From NCBI GenBank assembly GCA_963708135.1, contig OY970192.1:608001-672000 (forward strand): 64,000 nucleotides of DNA, given 5' to 3'. Source of the DNA: an uncultured Gemmatimonadales bacterium (lineage in GTDB: Bacteria; Gemmatimonadota; Gemmatimonadetes; Longimicrobiales; RSA9). Shown here one piece after another: positions 9,976-19,728 of this stretch. Positions within the stretch are counted from its first letter, which is position 1. Every line of letters begins with the position of its first letter. The position numbers and the translations under genes are program-made. The notes beneath the pieces were generated by a model, which was not told the origin of the DNA, did no database searches, and worked only from the letters and a program-made list of their open reading frames with translations.

Positions 9976-11082
9976 TCAGGGACGCCGCGCCGCGGGAAAG
10001 ACGCGCAGCGCCGTCGCCTTGAGTTGCGCGATGACCTCGCGGCCGGGCCGCAGCTCCAGCGCCTCCGCGCTCTGCCGCGTGAGCAGCGCCGTGAGCGGCG
10101 GCTCGCCGGACAGCCGGACCCGCACCAGCGCGCCCGCCGGCACCACCGAGGCGACGGCGAGCCGGAACCGGTTCCGGGCGCTGCTCTCGCCCGCGGCGCC
10201 GGGCGCGGAGAGCGTGACGTCTTCCGGCCGGTAGGCCACGTGCACGGGCGCGCCCGCCTCGCCGGCGTCGCCGCCGGGATCGAGCGCCCACACGCGGGCC
10301 GTTCCCGCGAGCTCGACCCGCACCAGCCGCTCCTCGCGCGCAGCCACCACCCCATCCAGCAGCAGCTCCGCGCCCGTGAACGCGGCCACGAACGGCGTGG
10401 CGGGCTCCATCACCAGCGTGTCCGGAGTGCCGATCTGCACCACCCGCCCCGCCTCCAGCACCGCGATCCGGTCCGCCAGCGCGAAGGCCTCCGCCGGGTC
10501 GTGGGTGACCAGCACCGCCGCCTGCGAGCGCTCGCGGACCAGCCGCTCGACGTCTCGCTGGAAGCGCCGGCGCTGCGTGACGTCCAGGCTGGACGTCGGC
10601 TCGTCGAGCAGCACCAGCTCGGGACGGAGCACCAGCGCGCGCGCGAGCGCCACCCGCTGCGCCTCTCCGCCCGAGAGCGTGCGCACGTGCGCGGCCGCGA
10701 GAGCGCCGAGCCCGACCCACTCCAGCGCCTCCGCCGTGCGCCGCTCCCGCTCCGGCTTCTCGAGCCGGCGCAGCCGGAGCCCGTAGCTGACGTTCGCCGC
10801 TACCGAGCCCGAGAACAGGAACGGCCGCTGGAACACGCCCGCCATCCGACGCCGTGCCTCACGGTCTCCGGCGCGCACCTCCCGTCCGTCCAGCCGCAGA
10901 CGCCCCGCGTCGGGCCGCTCCAGCAGCAGCAGCAGCCGGAAGAGCGTCGACTTCCCGGCGCCGTTGGGCCCCAGCACCGCGAGCACCTCGCCGCGCGAGA
11001 CGGAGAGCGCCGCCACGTCCACGACCGTACGCCGGCCGTAGCGGCGCACGAGCCCCTCGACGGAGAGGATCGGCCCCTCCAT
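9976..11082 (-). CDS. tupC: tungstate/molybdate ABC transporter ATP-binding protein with TOBE domain(s)
   Basis: GPNGAGKS, LSGGEAQR, LLDEP, C-terminal TOBE (ALLTRQSAEALEL..G..AQLKAT). Confidence 0.8.
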   Translation of the reverse strand: MEGPILSVEGLVRRYGRRTVVDVAALSVSRGEVLAVLGPNGAGKSTLFRLLLLLERPDAGRLRLDGREVRAGDREARRRMAGVFQRPFLFSGSVAANVSYGLRLRRLEKPERERRTAEALEWVGLGALAAAHVRTLSGGEAQRVALARALVLRPELVLLDEPTSSLDVTQRRRFQRDVERLVRERSQAAVLVTHDPAEAFALADRIAVLEAGRVVQIGTPDTLVMEPATPFVAAFTGAELLLDGVVAAREERLVRVELAGTARVWALDPGGDAGEAGAPVHVAYRPEDVTLSAPGAAGESSARNRFRLAVASVVPAGALVRVRLSGEPPLTALLTRQSAEALELRPGREVIAQLKATALRVFPAARRP

Positions 11083-11810
11083 CAGGCGATCGGCCGCTCG
11101 GCGGCGGCCATGGCGAAGGGCGCCCGCCCCTGCTGGATCCGGGTGAGCACCAGGTTCACCGCGAAGGCCACGAGCAGCAGCACGAAGCCCATGGCCAGCG
11201 CGAGCGCGTACTCGCCGCGCCGCGTCTCGAGCACGATGGCGGTGGTGAGGACCCGCGTGTGCCCCTCGATGTTGCCGCCCACGATCATGGCGGCGCCGAC
11301 CTCGTGGAAGACCGCGCCGAACGCGGCGATCACGCCGGCGGAGAGGCCGAGGCGCGCCTCGCGCAGATGGGCGAGGAGCGCCTGCGCGGGCGTGGCGCCG
11401 AGGGCCCGCGCCTGCAGACGCACGTCGGGGGGCACCGCCTGGACCGCCGCCAGGCTGATCCCGGCCACGTAGGGCGCCGCGAGCAGCGCCTGCGCGACGA
11501 TCATGGCCGCGGGCGTGAAGAGCAGCCCCAGCGGTCCCGCCGGTCCCTCGCGTGAGAGCATCATGTAGACGAGCACGCCCACCGCCACCGGCGGCAGCGC
11601 GAAGCCGGTATGGACCAGCGTCACGAGCAGCCCGCGTCCGCGGAAGCGGCCGAGCCCCACGCCCACGCCGACCGGCAGCCCGAGCAGCACGCCGAGCAGC
11701 ACGGCGATGCCGGACACGCGCAGCGACAGCGCGAGGATCCGCAGCACGTACGGATCGCCGCGCACCAGCAGCAGGATCGCCTGCTTCCCCGCATCGAGGA
11801 AGAGATCCAT
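11082..11810 (-). CDS. tupB: tungstate ABC transporter permease
   Basis: LPPVAVG, LLFTPAAM, EVGAAMIVGGNI...TRVLTTAIVLET. Confidence 0.85.
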   Translation of the reverse strand: MDLFLDAGKQAILLLVRGDPYVLRILALSLRVSGIAVLLGVLLGLPVGVGVGLGRFRGRGLLVTLVHTGFALPPVAVGVLVYMMLSREGPAGPLGLLFTPAAMIVAQALLAAPYVAGISLAAVQAVPPDVRLQARALGATPAQALLAHLREARLGLSAGVIAAFGAVFHEVGAAMIVGGNIEGHTRVLTTAIVLETRRGEYALALAMGFVLLLVAFAVNLVLTRIQQGRAPFAMAAAERPIA

Positions 11811-11847
11811 GGGGCGCTCCGGTGGGGGTGCGTGGCGGGGCGCGGTG

Positions 11848-12237
11848 CTAGCCGACGCCCGTCCCGAACAGGCTGAAGAGAAGCAGCCCGAGCACGAGGG
11901 CCGTCACGATCACGTACATCCTGTCGTGCTGGAGCACGAACGCCACGAGCGAGAGCGCGACGCGCGCCACGGGCGTCGCGATGAGGAGCAGCAGCCCGAA
12001 CTGGATGATCCAGCGGCTGCGCAGCCCGAGCACGCCGCCCAGCACCCCGTGCACGCTGTCCAGCCCCGGCGCCACCGCGTGGAAGGTCCGGTAGTCGACC
12101 GGCTCGCCCGCGTGCACCGCCGTGTGGATGATGCCGCCCACGAGCGCCACGGCCGCGGCGGTCAGGACGCCGTAGCGCAGGAGGCTGCCGATCCAGGCCT
12201 CCACCTCCTCATCGCTCCAGCGGCGGTGGCGTGCCAT
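11848..12237 (-). CDS. DUF1634 family membrane protein
   Basis: IGSLLRYGV, IIQFGLLLLIATPVARV pattern; adjacent to the TauE gene. Confidence 0.85.
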   Translation of the reverse strand: MARHRRWSDEEVEAWIGSLLRYGVLTAAAVALVGGIIHTAVHAGEPVDYRTFHAVAPGLDSVHGVLGGVLGLRSRWIIQFGLLLLIATPVARVALSLVAFVLQHDRMYVIVTALVLGLLLFSLFGTGVG

Positions 12238-12238
12238 G

Positions 12239-13075
12239 TCAGATCGCTCCCGTGATGCCCTTGTAGAGCATCTGCAGCGCCATGACGACCAGTACCACGT
12301 TGAACACCAGCCGCAGCCGCTCGGTCGGCGCGCGCGTCAGCACCCGCGCCCCCGCGAGCGCGCCCGCCAGGACGCCGAGCATCACCGGCAGCGCCAGCGT
12401 GGGATCGATGTAGCCGCGGTGCAGGTAGATCCCCGCGCTCCCCGCCGCCGTCACGCCGATCATGAAGTTGCTGGTCGTCGTCAACACCTTGAACGGCAGC
12501 TTCATGGCCTGGTCCATGGCCAGCACCTTGACCACGCCTGAGCCGATGCCGAGCAGCCCCGAGATGATCCCCGCGCCGATCATGAGCGAGAAGCCGGTCG
12601 GCACGTTCTGCACCGCGTACTCCTCCATGACACCGTGCGAGGGGTAGCTGTCGTTCAGCCGCATGCGGACGGCCAGCGGGTGGCTGCGTCCGTGCGTGAC
12701 CTGCTCCTCCGGCGGGAAGACCGAGCGGTAGGCCGACAGTAGCAGGACGAGCCCGAAGATGATCGAGATCACGCTCGTCGAGACCAGGCCCGCGATCGTC
12801 GCGCCCACCAGCGCGCCCGACACGGTGGCCACCTCGAGCAGCATCCCGACCCGCACGTTGGTGTAGCCTTCCCGCACGTAGGCCGCCGCCGCGCCCGACG
12901 ACGTGGCGATCACCGACACCAGCGAGGCGCCGATCGCGTAGCGGATGTCGACGTGGAACACCAGCGTCAGCATCGGCACGATTACGATCCCGCCGCCGAG
13001 GCCGGTCAGCGCGCCGAGCAGCCCCGCGAGCACCGCGCCCAACGCGACCAGCAGCGTCAGCGCCAGGAGCGTCAT
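12239..13075 (-). CDS. sulfite exporter TauE/SafE family protein
   Basis: GALTGLGGG.VIVP, AIGASL, SGLLGIGSG, TTSNFM; ATG overlaps the tupA stop. Confidence 0.9.
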   Translation of the reverse strand: MTLLALTLLVALGAVLAGLLGALTGLGGGIVIVPMLTLVFHVDIRYAIGASLVSVIATSSGAAAAYVREGYTNVRVGMLLEVATVSGALVGATIAGLVSTSVISIIFGLVLLLSAYRSVFPPEEQVTHGRSHPLAVRMRLNDSYPSHGVMEEYAVQNVPTGFSLMIGAGIISGLLGIGSGVVKVLAMDQAMKLPFKVLTTTSNFMIGVTAAGSAGIYLHRGYIDPTLALPVMLGVLAGALAGARVLTRAPTERLRLVFNVVLVVMALQMLYKGITGAI

Positions 13076-13905
13076 CGGCCGCCGCTGACCGCGTCGGCGT
13101 GAAAGAGCGCGTGGCCGAAGCCCGCCCTGCCGTAGTCGGCGATCACGCGCTGTCCCGCCGGCGAGGTGATCCAGTCGGCGAAGGCGCGCGCGCCGGCGGC
13201 GTTGCGCGCGCCCACCACGAGGATCACGCTGTAGGGGTTGAACAGCCGCGGGTCGCCCTGCGAGAGCGCCGGCAGGTGCACGCTCCCGTTCGCGCTCAGG
13301 AACTCCCAGCTCGGCCTGTCCGTCAGCGTGTACGCCTGCTGCTGGTCGGCCATCTGGAGCACCGCGCCCATCCCCTGTCCCGCCCGCTCGTACCAGGCGC
13401 CCCCGGGCGCGATGCCCGCCAGCTTCCAGAGCGCCAGCTCCTTCTTGTTCGTGCCCGAGTCGTCGCCGCGCGAGACGAAGCGGGCCCCGCTCCGCGCGAT
13501 GCGCCGGAACGCATCCACCGCGTCGCTGTCGCCGCGCACGCCCGCCGGGTCCGCGGCCGGTCCCACGATCAGGAAATCGTCGTGCATCACCGCCCGCCGA
13601 TCCTTCCCGTAGCCGCCGGCGACGAACGCGGATTCGGCCGCCGGCGCATGCACGAGCAGTACGTCGGCGTCCTTGCGCCGGCCCATGGCCAGCGCCTCGC
13701 CCGTGCCGACCGCGACGACCTTCACCGGGTAGCGGGGATGGGCCTTCTCGAACGCGGGGATGAGGACGTCGAAGAGCCCGGAGTCCTGGGTCGAGGTGGT
13801 CGACCCCAGGACAATGCTCGACGTGGCGGGGTTGCCCCGCCCGCCGGCGCACGCCAGCAGGGCGAGGGCGGCGACGATCGGCGTCGCCCGAAGCAAGGAT
13901 CTCAT
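13072..13905 (-). CDS. tupA: tungstate ABC transporter substrate-binding lipoprotein
   Basis: Lipobox LLAC; STTSTQDSGL, VGTGEAL, LLVHAP, FVSRGDDSGT motifs. Confidence 0.88.
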   Translation of the reverse strand: MRSLLRATPIVAALALLACAGGRGNPATSSIVLGSTTSTQDSGLFDVLIPAFEKAHPRYPVKVVAVGTGEALAMGRRKDADVLLVHAPAAESAFVAGGYGKDRRAVMHDDFLIVGPAADPAGVRGDSDAVDAFRRIARSGARFVSRGDDSGTNKKELALWKLAGIAPGGAWYERAGQGMGAVLQMADQQQAYTLTDRPSWEFLSANGSVHLPALSQGDPRLFNPYSVILVVGARNAAGARAFADWITSPAGQRVIADYGRAGFGHALFHADAVSGGR

Positions 13906-13918
13906 CCCCCGGAAGGGT

Positions 13919-14407
13919 TCGGTGCGTCTCCTCGGACCAGCTGCCCTCCTGCACCGGCCGGTCCGGCGGCTCGTAGCTCGTGCCCCCCTCGATCGCCTTG
14001 TGCAGGTCGTGGGTGCCATAGAGCTCCGCGTCCAGGTCCTGCAGCAGGTGCTCCGCCGACGGCTCCGTCCGCCGGCCCTCCTCGCCGAGCTGCGACTCCA
14101 CCGCCGCGTCCTCCGCCACCGCCTCGTCCGCCGCCTCGCTCTGCTCCGCCCGCTCCAGCTCGTCGACGGTGATCTCGTTCGAGTAGCTCGAGATACCGAG
14201 CACGTCCGTCACCACCTGCGAGATCTCCTGCATCTCCTGCTCGGTGCCGACACGGCCGCCAAGCGTGACGAACCCGTCCTCCACCCGCACGTCCACCGCG
14301 TCCGCATCGATGTCGGGGTACTCCTGCAGCTGCTGGACGATCAGGTCCTGCAGCTCCTGGTCGTCCATGTCCTCGATGTCGTGCAGATCCTCGTAGTCCC
14401 TTGGCAT
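13919..14407 (-). CDS. acidic BON domain protein; expected stop reads CGA, so the ORF runs on to 12239
   Basis: VDVRVEDGFVTLGGRV BON motif; protein-like composition ends at ...WSEETH, followed by CGA at 13919-13921. Confidence 0.7.
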
Positions 14408-14482
14408 TGGTCTCCCCTTCCGCGCATCCGCGCCGAGACCTGCCGTCCACCCGCGCCCACTCCGCGCGGCGCACGGTGCCCG

Positions 14483-15175
14483 CTAGAAGTGGAACGCCAG
14501 GCCGGCGCCGACCGAGGCGTTCTGCGTCCACTCGCTCGCGGGATACTTCTGCGTGAGCAGGAACGCCTGCGGCGTCTTCAGCTTCCAGAGCACGCCGCGC
14601 ACATCGCCGTACAGCGCCAGACGGCGGGTCAGATACCATTCGATTCCGCCGCCGAACTGACCGGCGAAACTCGTGCCGAAGCGGAATCTGGCGTCAGGCA
14701 CCACCGCCGCGTCCGCTCCGTTCGTCCCGGTGGTCGAGATCACCACGCCGCCGCCGAAGAGGACGTACGGCTGGAGCCGGTGCCAGGTGCGCGCGCCCGT
14801 GAGGTCGAAGCGGACCGCGCCGAGCGCGAGGATGAGGTTCTGGTCGGCGTCGCCGCGGTTCACGTAGGACGTGTCGGTCTGTGACACGAACGCGGTGTCG
14901 AGCACCGAGCGCGTGCTCTTGAAGTAGTCCAGGTCCGCCTGGATCACGAACGGCCCGTTCAGCCGGATCGCCCAGCGCACGCCCGCGAACGCCGCCGGCT
15001 TCGGGCCGAGCCCCACCGAGCCCCGGCTCGTGTCCAGGTAGCCAGCCGTCACCGCGAGCGACTGCGAGGGATCGATGTATTCATAGGGCGATGTGATCCG
15101 CTGCGCCGCCGCCGGTCGGGTCGCGACCCCGAGCAGTGCGGCCGCGAGCAGCGGCAGGATTCGCAGGAAACGCAT
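14483..15175 (-). CDS. outer-membrane beta-barrel protein
   Basis: Signal peptide (AAA-Q), PYVLFGGG, C-terminal aromatic residue (FHF). Confidence 0.7.
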   Translation of the reverse strand: MRFLRILPLLAAALLGVATRPAAAQRITSPYEYIDPSQSLAVTAGYLDTSRGSVGLGPKPAAFAGVRWAIRLNGPFVIQADLDYFKSTRSVLDTAFVSQTDTSYVNRGDADQNLILALGAVRFDLTGARTWHRLQPYVLFGGGVVISTTGTNGADAAVVPDARFRFGTSFAGQFGGGIEWYLTRRLALYGDVRGVLWKLKTPQAFLLTQKYPASEWTQNASVGAGLAFHF

Positions 15176-15346
15176 GGCGTGGTCCGGGCACGGGTTCTCG
15201 GCCCCTCGGCGCCTTCGCCGGGCCGAGGGCAGGAGAAGCTAGACGCGGCTGTAGGGGGGCGCAAGCGAGCTCGCCGCGTTGACAGCCTCCCCGGTGCCGT
15301 CTAGCTTTTCCACGATCTCAACCGCTTCGACCGTCCCGGCCTCCCG

Positions 15347-16360
15347 ATGCCCAGGGTCCTGCTGCCAGTCCTCGCCCTCCTCTGCTGTTCGAGCGCCGCG
15401 CGGGCACAGATCGCGCGCGTCGCCACCGCCGACACCCTGCGTGCGGCCCCTGGCGGCGACCGGCTGGCGACCCTCCAGCGCGGCGCGACCCTGCGGGTCG
15501 GCGCCCCACGAGCGGGCTGGCGTGCGGCCACCCTCGAGGGCTGGGTCCCCGATTCCGCCGTGAGCGCCCAGCCGGGAGGCGTGGCGGGGCTGGTCGTCCG
15601 CGAGCGCGACGGCGTGGATGCCCGTGCCGTCCAGGGCGGCGCGCCGATCGCACACGTCCCCGGCGGCGTCTTCCTCGAGTTGCTGGAGCGCCGGGGCCAC
15701 CAGCTGCGCGTGCGGCGAGGGGGCTGGGTTCGCGCCGGGGGGCTGGTGGATCTCCCGCCCGCGCCCCAAGATACCGGGAGCGCCGCAGCCGCGGCAGCGG
15801 CGACACCCGCCGGAACCGGCGGTGGCACGCCGTCTCCGGCCGCAGCGACCGCCGGCTATGCGCGTGCGGGGGAGACCGGCGCACCGGTCCTCGGCCATCC
15901 CGGCGCGGATACCGTGGCGCGCCTGGCGCCGCTCGCGCAGGTCGAGGTGCTCGCGCGCGAGGGGGCGTGGACGCGCGTCCGCGTCGAGGGCTGGGTGAGC
16001 AGCGGAGCGCTCGCGGCGCCGACCGACTCCGGCGGCGTGCTCATGGACGTGAGCGGCGTCGCCGTGCGCGAGAACCCGGAGGCTTACCGCGGGCGCCTGG
16101 TCCTCTGGCCCGTGCAGTTCCTGGCCCTGGAGCATGCGGAGAAGATCCGCACGGACTTTCCCGAGGGCGCGCCCTTCCTGCTCACGCGTGGACCCGGCGC
16201 GGAGACGGGCTTCGTCTATGTCGGTGTGCCCGCCGCGCTGCTCGACCGCGTGAAGCGACTCGAGCCGCTGCAGCGGATCCGCATCCTTGGGCGGGTGCGC
16301 GAGGGGCGTTCGCCCCTCATGGGTGGCCCCGTCCTCGATCTCGTGGAGGTGCGACCGTGA
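15347..16360 (+). CDS. secreted protein with SH3b-like repeats
   Basis: Signal peptide; repeated LRAAPGG..LATL..G..L / W..V..EGWV motifs. Confidence 0.65.
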   Translation: MPRVLLPVLALLCCSSAARAQIARVATADTLRAAPGGDRLATLQRGATLRVGAPRAGWRAATLEGWVPDSAVSAQPGGVAGLVVRERDGVDARAVQGGAPIAHVPGGVFLELLERRGHQLRVRRGGWVRAGGLVDLPPAPQDTGSAAAAAAATPAGTGGGTPSPAAATAGYARAGETGAPVLGHPGADTVARLAPLAQVEVLAREGAWTRVRVEGWVSSGALAAPTDSGGVLMDVSGVAVRENPEAYRGRLVLWPVQFLALEHAEKIRTDFPEGAPFLLTRGPGAETGFVYVGVPAALLDRVKRLEPLQRIRILGRVREGRSPLMGGPVLDLVEVRP

Positions 16361-18600
16361 GCCGCTTCATCGGACCGGCGGGCGCGCTGCTCGCCAGCGC
16401 GCTCGCGCTCGCCTCCTGCGGGCACGACGGCATCACCGAACCGGGCACGGGCGCCGGCCCGAACCCGGCCAACCTGGCGATCGGCGTGCAGGGGGGAGAC
16501 CGCCAGTTCGGCGCCGCGGGCGCGCTGCTCTCCGCGCCGCTCCAGGTCGTGACCATCGACTCGCGTACCCGCGAGCCCGTCGGCGGGGTCACCATCCAGT
16601 GGCGGATCACCGCGGGCACCGGCACCCTGGCTTCCGCGAGCTCCGCGACCGACTCCACCGGCGTCGCCTCCAACCAGCTCACGCTCGGCGCCTCGGGCAC
16701 GGTGAGCGTCCAGGCGACGTTCCAGGGGAACGTGACGCCTCCCGCGCAGTTCACGGCCCAGGTGGCCGCCACGCCGTCCGTGCTCGGTGTCACGCCTGCC
16801 CTCGCCACGGCGGGCGACACGGTGACCATCTCCGGCACCGGCTTCAGCCCGAATCCACAGGATGACGTGGTCCTGTTCGGCGCCACCCACGGCGCCGTGC
16901 TCACCGCCACGGCCAGCGCGCTCACCGTCGTGGTCCCGCTCTGCCTGCCCAGCGGCACGACGGACGTGCGCGTCCTCCTCGGAAGCCTCGCCAGCGCGTC
17001 CATCTCCCTCGCCGTCACCGGCACCGACCGCCCGGCGGTGGCGCTCGAGCGCGGCGAGGTCCTCACTGTCTCCGATCCGGCGCAGGCGCAATGCCTGCGA
17101 CTGGCCGGCGGACAGGCCGGAGCGAGCTACCTCGTCGTGGTCGAGAACGCCACGGATGTGAGCAACCGGCCAATGCCGTTCCAGCTCATGGCGTTTGCCG
17201 GGGGGGTGGCCACGGCGGCCGCTCCGGCCGCGCCCGCCGCCCCGCGGCCCGTCGCGTCCGCGGCCGCCGCGAGCGAGCTCGACGGCTCCGCCTTCGGCCC
17301 TCGCGCCGACGCGTGGGAGCGCTCGCTCCGGCTGCGCGAGCAGGAGCTCGCGCGCGCCGCCGGCGCGCGGCGGCGCGTCCCGGCGCCCGCGCCGGGCATC
17401 GAGTCGGCGGCCGAGCTGCCGACCATCGGCAGCCGGCGAACCTTCAACGTGATCGACAAGGACAACAGGTTCGAGAAGGTCACGGCGGTGGCGAAGGTGA
17501 TCAGCACCCACGCGATCGTCTACGAGGACGTGAAGGCGCCGCCCGGCGGGTTCAGCGACGCGCAGTACTCGCAGTTCGCCGCGCTCTTCGATGATCCGAT
17601 CTACGACACGGACGTCGCCGTCTACGGCGCGCCGAGCGACCTCGATCAGAACGCTCACATCATCATCCTGTTCACGCCCGTCGTGAACGCGATGACGCCG
17701 AAAGGCTCCACCACCGGCGGCTACATCGCGGGCTTCTTCTACGGCTGCGACCTCGTGAGCGCCGCCGAGTGCAGCGGCACCAACCAGGGCGAGATCTTCT
17801 ACTCGCTCGTGCCCGACCCGACCGGGCAGCACGGCATCGTCCAGACCGCGGCCAACGTGCTGGCCGGCACGCCGCCGGTGCTCGCGCACGAGTTCATGCA
17901 CATGATCCACTTCAACCAGCGCGTCCTCGTGCGCGGCGCGCCGGAGGAGGCGCTCTGGTTGTCCGAGGCCATGGCGCACGAGGCGGAGGACACCGTCGGC
18001 GGCGTCTTCGCCGCGCGCGGCGACGCCACCCATGCCGCCTACTTCCAGCGGCAGAACTTCAACCGCGCGGGCCGCTTTCTGCTCGACCCCGCGGCGGTGT
18101 CCCTGCTCGCCTACATCACGCCGGGAACCCTCGAGGAGCGCGGCGCCGGCTGGCTCTTCGTCAAGTACCTGATGGGACGCTTCGGCGGCGGGATCCTCGG
18201 GCGCCTCGCTCAGACCTCGAACAGCAGCACCCAGAACATCACGGCGGCGGCGGCCACCGGGTGGCCGGCGCTGATCGGCGACTGGAGCGTCGCGCTCTGG
18301 GCCGACGAGGCCCCCGCGCTCGCGGGCGTGAACGTCGACCGGCGCTTCACCTTTCCGAACCTCGACCTGCGCGCGGCGGTCTCTGCCTTCTACGGCGGGA
18401 CCTACCCGCTCCAGCCGCTCGTCGAGGGCTACCGCGACTTCACGGTCGAGGACACGCTGCGCGCCGGCAGCGCGCAGTATGTCCTGGTCAGCGCCGGCAC
18501 CGGGCTTTCCGTGCCCCTGGACCTGGTGCTGGACGGGCAGGGCGGACTGCCGTTCCCGGATGGAAGCACGCCGCAGATCAGCCTGCTGCGCGTGCGCTGA
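16357..18600 (+). CDS. lipoprotein with Ig-like and IPT/TIG domains and a zinc metallopeptidase (M30-like) domain
   Basis: Lipobox LASC; GDTVTISGTGF (TIG); LAHEFMHMI and WLSEAMA zincin motifs; GTG overlaps the upstream stop. Confidence 0.75.
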   Translation: MSRFIGPAGALLASALALASCGHDGITEPGTGAGPNPANLAIGVQGGDRQFGAAGALLSAPLQVVTIDSRTREPVGGVTIQWRITAGTGTLASASSATDSTGVASNQLTLGASGTVSVQATFQGNVTPPAQFTAQVAATPSVLGVTPALATAGDTVTISGTGFSPNPQDDVVLFGATHGAVLTATASALTVVVPLCLPSGTTDVRVLLGSLASASISLAVTGTDRPAVALERGEVLTVSDPAQAQCLRLAGGQAGASYLVVVENATDVSNRPMPFQLMAFAGGVATAAAPAAPAAPRPVASAAAASELDGSAFGPRADAWERSLRLREQELARAAGARRRVPAPAPGIESAAELPTIGSRRTFNVIDKDNRFEKVTAVAKVISTHAIVYEDVKAPPGGFSDAQYSQFAALFDDPIYDTDVAVYGAPSDLDQNAHIIILFTPVVNAMTPKGSTTGGYIAGFFYGCDLVSAAECSGTNQGEIFYSLVPDPTGQHGIVQTAANVLAGTPPVLAHEFMHMIHFNQRVLVRGAPEEALWLSEAMAHEAEDTVGGVFAARGDATHAAYFQRQNFNRAGRFLLDPAAVSLLAYITPGTLEERGAGWLFVKYLMGRFGGGILGRLAQTSNSSTQNITAAAATGWPALIGDWSVALWADEAPALAGVNVDRRFTFPNLDLRAAVSAFYGGTYPLQPLVEGYRDFTVEDTLRAGSAQYVLVSAGTGLSVPLDLVLDGQGGLPFPDGSTPQISLLRVR

Positions 18601-18609
18601 GGGGGGCGC

Positions 18610-19728
18610 CTAGGAGACCTTGTCGAGCCGTGCGTTCGGCTGGTGGCGCCGCCCCTCCTTGGCGAGCGGGCGGCCCTCGAGCTCCACGACGTCGGCCGTG
18701 AAGTCGTAGCGGTCCTTGAAGAGCGAGGAGCCCACGCCGTAGGAGTCGACCGGCACGCCGAGCTCCTCGAAGTGGCGGATCTTCTCCGCGTCGAAGCCGC
18801 CCGAGACCACGATCCTCACGTGCTGGAACCCCTCCGCATCCAGCGCGCGGCGCACGTTCCAGACGAGGTGCGGGTTCACGCCGCGCGGATCGAACTGGCC
18901 CATCTGCGGCAGGATCGAGCGGTCCACCATCGTCTCGGACGTGTCCAGCCGGACCCCCCACAGCCGGTCCCCGAGCGCGCGTGCCACGGCCAGCGAGGTG
19001 GCGACCGAGTCGTTCTCGAAGTCCACCAGCGAGATCACGTGCACGTCCTCCGGCATGTGCCGCGCGAAGGCCGCCGAGGCGAGCACGGTGTCGCCGTCGT
19101 ACGCCGCGATCAGCGCGTGCGGCACGGTGCCGATTCCCTTCGAGCCCCACCACGACGCCTGTGCGTCCGTGGACACGCCGATCGCGCCGGCCACGTGCGC
19201 CGCGTAGCCATCGCCCGTCTGTACCAGCCAGTGGTCGTGGCGGGCGGGGAAGAACATCACCGTCTTCGGCCATGCCGCCTCGACCACCTTCCGCGTGTTG
19301 GTGGCCACCTTCGTGCGCCGGGCGAGCACGCCCAGGTAGAGCGTCTCCAGGTGCGCGAACGCGGCGTAGGGCCCCGTGATCAGGAGCACGGTCTCCCACG
19401 GCCGGATCCGGTCGCCGTCGCGCATCGCCCGCACGTCCAGGTCGCTCCACTCGTAGCCCTCCGTGAGGCAGAGCTTCAGGATCGCGATCGCCTCGTCCAC
19501 CCCGCCCAGCCACGCGTGCTTCTTCTGGAAGACCTGCACGGTGACGAGCGGCTCCCGGCCGTCCTCCAGCAGCACGTCGCGCGCGTAGACGAAGTACTTG
19601 TCCGAGTAGTAGCCGGCCCGCATGCGCGCCGCCGGAAGCTGAAAGATCGAGGGATCGAGCCGCTCCGGCCTGCGCAGCGGCGGCGGGGGCGTGGGGCGAG
19701 GCGGGGTCTCCGGCGGCTGATCGCTCAT
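18610..19728 (-). CDS. pncB: nicotinate phosphoribosyltransferase family protein
   Basis: YSDKYF, GTVPHALI, GVRLDTS, VSGGFD, YGVGSS motifs. Confidence 0.8.
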   Translation of the reverse strand: MSDQPPETPPRPTPPPPLRRPERLDPSIFQLPAARMRAGYYSDKYFVYARDVLLEDGREPLVTVQVFQKKHAWLGGVDEAIAILKLCLTEGYEWSDLDVRAMRDGDRIRPWETVLLITGPYAAFAHLETLYLGVLARRTKVATNTRKVVEAAWPKTVMFFPARHDHWLVQTGDGYAAHVAGAIGVSTDAQASWWGSKGIGTVPHALIAAYDGDTVLASAAFARHMPEDVHVISLVDFENDSVATSLAVARALGDRLWGVRLDTSETMVDRSILPQMGQFDPRGVNPHLVWNVRRALDAEGFQHVRIVVSGGFDAEKIRHFEELGVPVDSYGVGSSLFKDRYDFTADVVELEGRPLAKEGRRHQPNARLDKVS

